Positions 53,401-64,000 of a stretch of 64,000 nt of DNA are shown here, piece after piece; within the stretch, counting starts at the first letter, position 1; the number at the start of each line of letters is the position of its first letter. The position numbers were made by a program, and so were the translations under genes. The stretch comes from Auanema rhodensis (Eukaryota > Animalia > Nematoda), in the NCBI GenBank assembly GCA_964057225.1, contig OZ059895.1:19654001-19718000 (forward strand), written 5' to 3'. Under the pieces are notes generated by a model, which worked only from the letters and a program-made list of their open reading frames with translations, had not been told where the DNA came from and ran no database searches.

Positions 53401-56400
53401 AAATGTTTTTGGAAGCAATGTTGAGTGTACATGGAAACTCAACATACACTAATGCATCATTTTTCAAACGATCATAACTAATTTTTGTATTAAGCGTTTC
53501 TCAATGTAGTGTAGTGCATTCGATGCGGATTTTTAAGCTGCGTCGATCTGTGTTATCAGATTTGCGCTAGCTTAAAAATGCACCGAGATATCAACTGATA
53601 TAAGTTCACACTTATATCCTCGATTTTCACCCTGAAGAATTAATTTTTTCGTTGAATAACATTGTCCATCGTCTTTGCCTTAAAAAAAGAAATCTAAAAA
53701 CATCTACTTTTTGATAAATTATTTTAAAATTTTTCGAAAAAATTTTTGTCAAAATGTTTTTGGAAGCAATGTTGAGTGTACATGGAAACTCAACATACAC
53801 TAATGCATCATTTTTCAAACGATCATAACTAATTTTTGTATTAAGCGTTTCTCAATGTAGTGTAGTGCATTCGATGCGGATTTTTAAGCTGCGTCGATCT
53901 GTGTTATCAGATTTGCGCTAGCTTAAAAATGCACCGAGATATCAACTGATATAAGTTCACACTTATATCCTCGATTTTCACCCTGAAGAATTAATTTTTT
54001 CGTTGAATAACATTGTCCATCGTCTTTGCCTTAAAAAAAGGAATCTAAAAACATCTACTTTTTGATAAATTATTTTAAAATTTTTCGAAAAAATTTTTGT
54101 CAAAATGTTTTTGGAAGCAATGTTGAGTGTACATGGAAACTCAACATACACTAATGCATCATTTTTCAAACGATCATAACTAATTTTTCTATAAAGCGTT
54201 TCTCAATGTAGTATAGTGCATTCGATGCGGATTTTTAAGCTGCGTCGATCTGTGTTATCAGATTTGCGCTAGCTTAGAAATGCACCGAGATATCAACTGA
54301 TATAAGTTCACACTTATATCCTCGATTTTCACCCTGAAGAATTAATTTTTTCGTTGAGTAACATTGTCCATCGTCTTTGCCTTAAAAAAAGGAATCTAAA
54401 AACATCTACTTTTTGATAAATTATTTTAAAATTTTTCGAAAAAATTTTTGTCAAAATGTTTTTGGAAGCAATGTTGAGTGTACATGGAAACTCAACATAC
54501 ACTAATGCATCATTTTTTAAACGATCATAACTAATTTTTTTATTAAGCGTTTCTCAATGTAGTATAGTGCATTCGATGCGGATTTTTAAGCTGCGTCGAT
54601 CTGTGTTATCAGCTTTGCGCTAGCTTAAAAATGCACCGAGATATCAACTGATATAAGTTCACACTTATATCCTCGATTTTCACCCTGAAGAATTAATTTT
54701 TTCGTTGAATAACATTGTCCATCGTCTTTGCCTTGAAAAAAGGAATCTAAAAACATCTACTTTTCGCTAAATTATATTGAAATTTTTCGAAAAAATTTTT
54801 GTCAAAATGTTTTTGGAAGCAATGTTGAGTGTACATGGAAACTCAACATACACTAATGCATCATTTTTCAAACGATCATAACTAATTTTTCTATAAAGCG
54901 TTTCTCAATTTAGTATAGTGCATTCGATGCGGAATTTTAAGCTGCGTCGATCTGTGTTATCAGATTTGCGCTAGCTTAAAAATGCACCGAGATATCAACT
55001 GATATAAGTTCACACTTATACCCTCGATTTTCACCCTGAAGAATTGATTTTTTCGTTGAATCACATTGTCCATCGTCTTTGCCTTGAAAAAAGGAATCTA
55101 AAAACATCTACTTTTCGATAAATTATTTTAAAATGTTTCGAAAAAATTTTTGTCAAAATGTTTTTGGAAGCAATGTTGAGTGTACATGGAAACTCAACAT
55201 ACACTAATGCATCATTTTTCAAACGATCATAACTAATTTTTCTATAAAGCGTTTCTCAATGTAGTATAGTGCATTCGATGCGGATTTTTAAGCGGCGTCG
55301 ATCTGTGTTATCAGATTTGCGCTAGCTTAAAAATGCACCGAGATATCAACTGATATAAGTTCACACTTATATCCTCGATTTTCACCCTGAAGAATTAATT
55401 TTTTCGTTGAATAACATTGTCCATCGTCTTTGCCTTAAAAAAAGGAATCTAAAAACATCTACTTTTTGATAAATTATTTTAAAATTTTTCGAAAAAATTT
55501 TTGTCAAAATGTTTTTGGAAGCAATGTTGAGTGTACATGGAAACTCAACATACACTAATGCATCATTTTTTAAACGATCATAACTAATTTTTTTATTAAG
55601 CGTTTTTCAATGTAGTATAGTGCATTCGATGCGGATTTTTAAGCTGCGTCGATCTGTGTTATCAGATTTGCGCTAGCTTAAAAATGCACCGAGATATCAA
55701 CTGATATAAGTTCACACTTATATCCTCGATTTTCACCCTGAAGAATTAATTTTTTCGTTGAATAACATTGTCCATCGTCTTTGCCTTGAAAAAAGGAATC
55801 TAAAAACATCTACTTTTCGCTAAATTATATTGAAATTTTTCGAAAAAATTTTTGTCAAAATGTTTTTGGAAGCAATGTTGAGTGTACATGGAAACTCAAC
55901 ATACACTAATGCATCATTTTTCAAACGATCATAACTAATTTTTCTATAAAGCGTTTCTCAATTTAGTATAGTGCATTCGATGCGGAATTTTAAGCTGCGT
56001 CGATCTGTGTTATCAGATTTGCGCTAGCTTAAAAATGCACCGAGATATCAACTGATATAAGTTCACACTTATACCCTCGATTTTCACCCTGAAGAATTGA
56101 TTTTTTCGTTGAATCACATTGTCCATCGTCTTTGCCTTGAAAAAAGGAATCTAAAAACATCTACTTTTCGATAAATTATTTTAAAATGTTTCGAAAAAAT
56201 TTTTGTCAAAATGTTTTTGGAAGCAATGTTGAGTGTACATGGAAACTCAACATACACTAATGCATCATTTTTCAAACGATCATAACTAATTTTTCTATAA
56301 AGCGTTTCTCAATGTAGTATAGTGCATTCGATGCGGATTTTTAAGCGGCGTCGATCTGTGTTATCAGATTTGCGCTAGCTTAAAAATGCACCGAGATATC

Positions 56401-59400
56401 AACTGATATAAGTTCACACTTATATCCTCGATTTTCACCCTGAAGAATTAATTTTTTCGTTGAATAACATTGTCCATCGTCTTTGCCTTAAAAAAAGGAA
56501 TCTAAAAACATCTACTTTTTGATAAATTATTTTAAAATTTTTCGAAAAAATTTTTGTCAAAATGTTTTTGGAAGCAATGTTGAGTGTACATGGAAACTCA
56601 ACATACACTAATGCATCATTTTTCAAACGATCATAACTAATTTTTGTATTAAGCGTTTCTCAATGTAGTGTAGTGCATTCGATGCGGATTTTTAAGCTGC
56701 GTCGATCTGTGTTATCAGATTTGCGCTAGCTTAAAAATGCACCGAGATATCAACTGATATAAGTTCACACTTATATCCTCGATTTTCACCCTGAAGAATT
56801 AATTTTTTCGTTGAATAACATTGTCCATCGTCTTTGCCTTAAAAAAAGGAATCTAAAAACATCTACTTTTTGATAAATTATTTTAAAATTTTTCGAAAAA
56901 ATTTTTGTCAAAATGTTTTTGGAAGCAATGTTGAGTGTACATGGAAACTCAACATACACTAATGCATAATTTTTCAAACGATCATAACTAATTTTTGTAT
57001 TAAGCGTTTCTCAATGTAGTATAGTGCATTCGATGCCGATTTTTAAGCTGCGTCGATCTGTGTTATCAGATTTGCGCTAGCTTAAAAATGCACCGAGATA
57101 TCAACTGATATAAGTTCACACTTATATCCTCGATTTTCACCCTGAAGAATTAATTTTTTCGTTGAATAACATTGTCCATCGTCTTTGCCTTGAAAAAAGG
57201 AATCTAAAAACATCTACTTTTCGCTAAATTATATTGAAATTTTTCGAAAAAATTTTTGTCAAAATGTTTTTGGAAGCAATGTTGAGTGTACATGGAAACT
57301 CAACATACACTAATGCATCATTTTTCAAACGATCATAACTAATTTTTCTATAAAGCGTTTCTCAATTTAGTATAGTGCATTCGATGCGGAATTTTAAGCT
57401 GCGTCGATCTGTGTTATCAGATTTGCGCTAGCTTAAAAATGCACCGAGATATCAACTGATATAAGTTCACACTTATACCCTCGATTTTCACCCTGAAGAA
57501 TTGATTTTTTCGTTGAATCACATTGTCCATCGTCTTTGCCTTGAAAAAAGGAATCTAAAAACATCTACTTTTCGATAAATTATTTTAAAATGTTTCGAAA
57601 AAATTTTTGTCAAAATGTTTTTGGAAGCAATGTTGAGTGTACATGGAAACTCAACATACACTAATGCATCATTTTTCAAACGATCATAACTAATTTTTCT
57701 ATAAAGCGTTTCTCAATGTAGTATAGTGCATTCGATGCGGATTTTTAAGCGGCGTCGATCTGTGTTATCAGATTTGCGCTAGCTTAAAAATGCACCGAGA
57801 TATCAACTGATATAAGTTCACACTTATATCCTCGATTTTCACCCTGAAGAATTAATTTTTTCGTTGAATAACATTGTCCATCGTCTTTGCCTTAAAAAAA
57901 GGAATCTAAAAACATCTACTTTTTGATAAATTATTTTAAAATTTTTCGAAAAAATTTTTGTCAAAATGTTTTTGGAAGCAATGTTGAGTGTACATGGAAA
58001 CTCAACATACACTAATGCATCATTTTTTAAACGATCATAACTAATTTTTTTATTAAGCGTTTTTCAATGTAGTATAGTGCATTCGATGCGGATTTTTAAG
58101 CTGCGTCGATCTGTGTTATCAGATTTGCGCTAGCTTAAAAATGCACCGAGATATCAACTGATATAAGTTCACACTTATATCCTCGATTTTCACCCTGAAG
58201 AATTAATTTTTTCGTTGAATAACATTGTCCATCGTCTTTGCCTTGAAAAAAGGAATCTAAAAACATCTACTTTTCGCTAAATTATATTGAAATTTTTCGA
58301 AAAAATTTTTGTCAAAATGTTTTTGGAAGCAATGTTGAGTGTACATGGAAACTCAACATACACTAATGCATCATTTTTCAAACGATCATAACTAATTTTT
58401 CTATAAAGCGTTTCTCAATGTAGTATAGTGCATTCGATGCGGATTTTTAAGCGGCGTCGATCTGTGTTATCAGATTTGCGCTAGCTTAAAAATGCACCGA
58501 GATATCAACTGATATAAGTTCACACTTATATCCTCGATTTTCACCCTGAAGAATTAATTTTTTCGTTGAATAACATTGTCCATCGTCTTTGCCTTAAAAA
58601 AAGGAATCTAAAAACATCTACTTTTTGATAAATTATTTTAAAATTTTTCGAAAAAATTTTTGTCAAAATGTTTTTGGAAGCAATGTTGAGTGTACATGGA
58701 AACTCAACATACACTAATGCATCATTTTTTAAACGATCATAACTAATTTTTTTATTAAGCGTTTCTCAATGTAGTATAGTGCATTCGATGCGGATTTTTA
58801 AGCGGCGTCGATCTGTGTTATCAGATTTGCGCTAGCTTAAAAATGCACCGAGATATCAACTGATATAAGTTCACACTTATATCCTCGATTTTCACCCTGA
58901 AGAATTAATTTTTTCGTTGAATAACATTGTCCATCGTCTTTGCCTTAAAAAAAGGAATCTAAAAACATCTACTTTTTGATAAATTATTTTAAAATTTTTC
59001 GAAAAAATTTTTGTCAAAATGTTTTTGGAAGCAATGTTGAGTGTACATGGAAACTCAACATACACTAATGCATCATTTTTTAAACGATCATAACTAATTT
59101 TTGTATTAAGCGTTTCTCAATGTAGTATAGTGCATTCGATGCCGATTTTTAAGCTGCGTCGATCTGTGTTATCAGATTTGCGCTAGCTTAAAAATGCACC
59201 GAGATATCAACTGATATAAGTTCACACTTATATCCTCGATTTTCAACCTGAAGAATTAATTTTTTCGTTGAATAACATTGTCCATCGTCTTTGCCTTGAA
59301 AAAAGGAATCTAAAAACATCTACTTTTTGCTAAATTATATTGAAATTTTTCGAAAAAATTTTTGTCAAAATGTTTTTGGAAGCAATGTTGAGTGTACATG

Positions 59401-62400
59401 GAAACTCAACATACACTAATGCATCATTTTTCAAACGATCATAACTAATTTTTCTATAAAGCGTTTCTCAATGTAGTATAGTGCATTCGATGCGGATTTT
59501 TAAGCTGCGTCGATCTGTGTTATCAGATTTGCGCTAGCTTAGAAATGCACCGAGATATCAACTGATATAAGTTCACACTTATATCCTCGATTTTCACCCT
59601 GAAGAATTAATTTTTTCGTTGAGTAACATTGTCCATCGTCTTTGCCTTAAAAAAAGGAATCTAAAAACATCTACTTTTTGATAAATTATTTTAAAATTTT
59701 TCGAAAAAATTTTTGTCAAAATGTTTTTGGAAGCAATGTTGAGTGTACATGGAAACTCAACATACACTAATGCATCATTTTTTAAACGATCATAACTAAT
59801 TTTTTTATTAAGCGTTTCTCAATGTAGTATAGTGCATTCGATGCGGATTTTTAAGCTGCGTCGATCTGTGTTATCAGCTTTGCGCTAGCTTAAAAATGCA
59901 CCGAGATATCAACTGATATAAGTTCACACTTATATCCTCGATTTTCACCCTGAAGAATTAATTTTTTCGTTGAATAACATTGTCCATCGTCTTTGCCTTG
60001 AAAAAAGGAATCTAAAAACATCTACTTTTCGCTAAATTATATTGAAATTTTTCGAAAAAATTTTTGTCAAAATGTTTTTGGAAGCAATGTTGAGTGTACA
60101 TGGAAACTCAACATACACTAATGCATCATTTTTCAAACGATCATAACTAATTTTTCTATAAAGCGTTTCTCAATTTAGTATAGTGCATTCGATGCGGAAT
60201 TTTAAGCTGCGTCGATCTGTGTTATCAGATTTGCGCTAGCTTAAAAATGCACCGAGATATCAACTGATATAAGTTCACACTTATACCCTCGATTTTCACC
60301 CTGAAGAATTGATTTTTTCGTTGAATCACATTGTCCATCGTCTTTGCCTTGAAAAAAGGAATCTAAAAACATCTACTTTTCGATAAATTATTTTAAAATG
60401 TTTCGAAAAAATTTTTGTCAAAATGTTTTTGGAAGCAATGTTGAGTGTACATGGAAACTCAACATACACTAATGCATCATTTTTCAAACGATCATAACTA
60501 ATTTTTCTATAAAGCGTTTCTCAATGTAGTATAGTGCATTCGATGCGGATTTTTAAGCGGCGTCGATCTGTGTTATCAGATTTGCGCTAGCTTAAAAATG
60601 CACCGAGATATCAACTGATATAAGTTCACACTTATATCCTCGATTTTCACCCTGAAGAATTAATTTTTTCGTTGAATAACATTGTCCATCGTCTTTGCCT
60701 TAAAAAAAGGAATCTAAAAACATCTACTTTTTGATAAATTATTTTAAAATTTTTCGAAAAAATTTTTGTCAAAATGTTTTTGGAAGCAATGTTGAGTGTA
60801 CATGGAAACTCAACATACACTAATGCATCATTTTTTAAACGATCATAACTAATTTTTTTATTAAGCGTTTTTCAATGTAGTATAGTGCATTCGATGCGGA
60901 TTTTTAAGCTGCGTCGATCTGTGTTATCAGATTTGCGCTAGCTTAAAAATGCACCGAGATATCAACTGATATAAGTTCACACTTATATCCTCGATTTTCA
61001 CCCTGAAGAATTAATTTTTTCGTTGAATAACATTGTCCATCGTCTTTGCCTTGAAAAAAGGAATCTAAAAACATCTACTTTTCGCTAAATTATATTGAAA
61101 TTTTTCGAAAAAATTTTTGTCAAAATGTTTTTGGAAGCAATGTTGAGTGTACATGGAAACTCAACATACACTAATGCATCATTTTTCAAACGATCATAAC
61201 TAATTTTTCTATAAAGCGTTTCTCAATTTAGTATAGTGCATTCGATGCGGAATTTTAAGCTGCGTCGATCTGTGTTATCAGATTTGCGCTAGCTTAAAAA
61301 TGCACCGAGATATCAACTGATATAAGTTCACACTTATACCCTCGATTTTCACCCTGAAGAATTGATTTTTTCGTTGAATCACATTGTCCATCGTCTTTGC
61401 CTTGAAAAAAGGAATCTAAAAACATCTACTTTTCGATAAATTATTTTAAAATGTTTCGAAAAAATTTTTGTCAAAATGTTTTTGGAAGCAATGTTGAGTG
61501 TACATGGAAACTCAACATACACTAATGCATCATTTTTCAAACGATCATAACTAATTTTTCTATAAAGCGTTTCTCAATGTAGTATAGTGCATTCGATGCG
61601 GATTTTTAAGCGGCGTCGATCTGTGTTATCAGATTTGCGCTAGCTTAAAAATGCACCGAGATATCAACTGATATAAGTTCACACTTATATCCTCGATTTT
61701 CACCCTGAAGAATTAATTTTTTCGTTGAATAACATTGTCCATCGTCTTTGCCTTAAAAAAAGGAATCTAAAAACATCTACTTTTTGATAAATTATTTTAA
61801 AATTTTTCGAAAAAATTTTTGTCAAAATGTTTTTGGAAGCAATGTTGAGTGTACATGGAAACTCAACATACACTAATGCATCATTTTTTAAACGATCATA
61901 ACTAATTTTTTTATTAAGCGTTTTTCAATGTAGTATAGTGCATTCGATGCGGATTTTTAAGCTGCGTCGATCTGTGTTATCAGATTTGCGCTAGCTTAAA
62001 AATGCACCGAGATATCAACTGATATAAGTTCACACTTATATCCTCGATTTTCACCCTGAAGAATTAATTTTTTCGTTGAATAACATTGTCCATCGTCTTT
62101 GCCTTGAAAAAAGGAATCTAAAAACATCTACTTTTCGCTAAATTATATTGAAATTTTTCGAAAAAATTTTTGTCAAAATGTTTTTGGAAGCAATGTTGAG
62201 TGTACATGGAAACTCAACATACACTAATGCATCATTTTTCAAACGATCATAACTAATTTTTCTATAAAGCGTTTCTCAATGTAGTATAGTGCATTCGATG
62301 CGGATTTTTAAGCGGCGTCGATCTGCGTTATCAGATTTGCGCTAGCTTAAAAATGCACCGAGATATCAACTGATATAAGTTCACACTTATATCCTCGATT

Positions 62401-64000
62401 TTCACCCTGAAGAATTAATTTTTTCGTTGAATAACATTGTCCATCGTCTTTGCCTTAAAAAAAGGAATCTAAAAACATCTACTTTTTGATAAATTATTTT
62501 AAAATTTTTCGAAAAAATTTTTGTCAAAATGTTTTTGGAAGCAATGTTGAGTGTACATGGAAACTCAACATACACTAATGCATCATTTTTTAAACGATCA
62601 TAACTAATTTTTTTATTAAGCGTTTTTCAATGTAGTATAGTGCATTCGATGCGGATTTTTAAGCTGCGTCGATCTGTGTTATCAGATTTGCGCTAGCTTA
62701 AAAATGCACCGAGATATCAACTGATATAAGTTCACACTTACATCCTCGATTTTCACCCTGAAGAATTAATTTTTTCGTTGAATAACATTGTCCATCGTCT
62801 TTGCCTTGAAAAAAGGAATCTAAAAACATCTACTTTTCGCTAAATTATATTGAAATTTTTCGAAAAAATTTTTGTCAAAATGTTTTTGGAAGCAATGTTG
62901 AGTGTACATGGAAACTCAACATACACTAATGCATCATTTTTCAAACGATCATAACTAATTTTTCTATAAAGCGTTTCTCAATTTAGTATAGTGCATTCGA
63001 TGCGGAATTTTAAGCTGCGTCGATCTGTGTTATCAGATTTGCGCTAGCTTAAAAATGCACCGAGATATCAACTGATATAAGTTCACACTTATATCCTCGA
63101 TTTTCACCCTGAAGAATTAATTTTTTCGTTGAATAACATTGTCCATCGTCTTTGCCTTAAAAAAAGGAATCTAAAAACATCTACTTTTTGATAAATTATT
63201 TTAAAATTTTTCGAAAAAATTTTTGTCAAAATGTTTTTGGAAGCAATGTTGAGTGTACATGGAAACTCAACATACACTAATGCATCATTTTTTAAACGAT
63301 CATAACTAATTTTTTTATTAAGCGTTTTTCAATGTAGTATAGTGCATTCGATGCGGATTTTTAAGCTGCGTCGATCTGTGTTATCAGATTTGCGCTAGCT
63401 TAAAAATGCACCGAGATATCAACTGATATAAGTTCACACTTATATCCTCGATTTTCACCCTGAAGAATTAATTTTTTCGTTGAATAACATTGTCCATCGT
63501 CTTTGCCTTGAAAAAAGGAATCTAAAAACATCTACTTTTCGCTAAATTATATTGAAATTTTTCGAAAAAATTTTTGTCAAAATGTTTTTGGAAGCAATGT
63601 TGAGTGTACATGGAAACTCAACATACACTAATGCATCATTTTTCAAACGATCATAACTAATTTTTCTATAAAGCGTTTCTCAATGTAGTATAGTGCATTC
63701 GATGCGGATTTTTAAGCTGCGTCGATCTGTGTTATCAGATTTGCGCTAGCTTAAAAATGCACCGAGATATCAACTGATATAAGTTCACACTTATACCCTC
63801 GATTTTCACCCTGAAGAATTGATTTTTTCGTTGAATCACATTGTCCATCGTCTTTGCCTTGAAAAAAGGAATCTAAAAACATCTACTTTTTGATAAATTA
63901 TTTTAAAATTTTTCGAAAAAATTTTTGTCAAAATGTTTTTGGAAGCAATGTTGAGTGTACATGGAAACTCAACATACACTAATGCATCATTTTTCAAACG
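50415..64000 (+). repeat. Domain dominated by a 3-mer higher-order repeat A-B-C (1053 bp) with interruptions
   Basis: A = ttttcgctaaattatattg, caatttag, ggaatttt. B = tataccctc, gaattgat, gaatcac, aatgtttcg, aagcggcg. C = tttttaaac, ttttttatta, tttttcaa. Example: A59892-B60243-C60594-A60945-B61296-C61647. Confidence 0.88.

Larger units (their letters stand above)
1..64000 (+). repeat. Tandem satellite DNA array, 351-bp AT-rich monomer, 183 full + 1 partial head-to-tail copies
   Basis: The unit aaaaatgcaccgagatatc...gatttgcgctagctt restarts at 1, 352, 703 and so on. ORF-track starts are spaced by exact multiples of 351 up to 22167. The net indels I traced sum to -481 bp, which puts the last unit start at 63753 (1+183x351-481). 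Monomers differ by only a few SNPs, and both window ends lie inside the array. Confidence 0.99.

Noticed and set aside
405-56977. 84 copies of a 63-aa minus-strand ORF (MKNDALVYVEF...) as a tandem gene family
   Set aside because: The start is TTG rather than ATG. It is absent from about 100 of 184 units through start loss, nonsense changes or frameshift. Variants are largely non-synonymous, the K/F/I/N-rich composition mirrors the A/T tracts, and no domain is recognisable.
1-64000. CRISPR array or repeat-spacer/cassette system
   Set aside because: No unique spacers or cassettes. The sequence between hairpins is the same in every unit, and no cas, integrase or recombinase gene is present.
1-64000. 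Array as a pure assembly or concatemer artefact
   Set aside because: Structured, hierarchically shared SNPs and indels at exact monomer multiples indicate real evolutionary history, although individual duplications still need read support.

Overview
The whole 64-kb window is one uninterrupted head-to-tail tandem satellite array. The monomer is 351 bp and AT-rich (about 30% GC by hand count). There are 183 complete units plus a 248-bp partial unit, and no genes, RNA genes, transposon insertions, inversions or unique DNA. The 84 near-identical 63-aa minus-strand ORFs are an artefact of the repeat: they start with TTG and are lost in more than half of the monomers. The informative structure lies at three levels. 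(1) Each monomer carries four distinct dyad symmetries, including a 51-bp hairpin. (2) Diagnostic SNPs define nested higher-order repeats and local duplications with 3-, 4-, 5-, 6-, 11-, 15- and 28-monomer offsets. (3) A few structural scars break the 351-bp register: a 47-bp deletion (2 copies), a 124-bp out-of-register junction (3 copies) and one templated deletion-insertion. The first 124-bp junction (37004/37005) looks like the breakpoint of an older ~26-kb duplication, because the order of monomer types at ~11-24.5 kb recurs at 37-64 kb. The array is most consistent with a eukaryotic, probably invertebrate, (peri)centromeric or heterochromatic satellite. I cannot assign family or species from sequence alone, and I found no protein-coding system.
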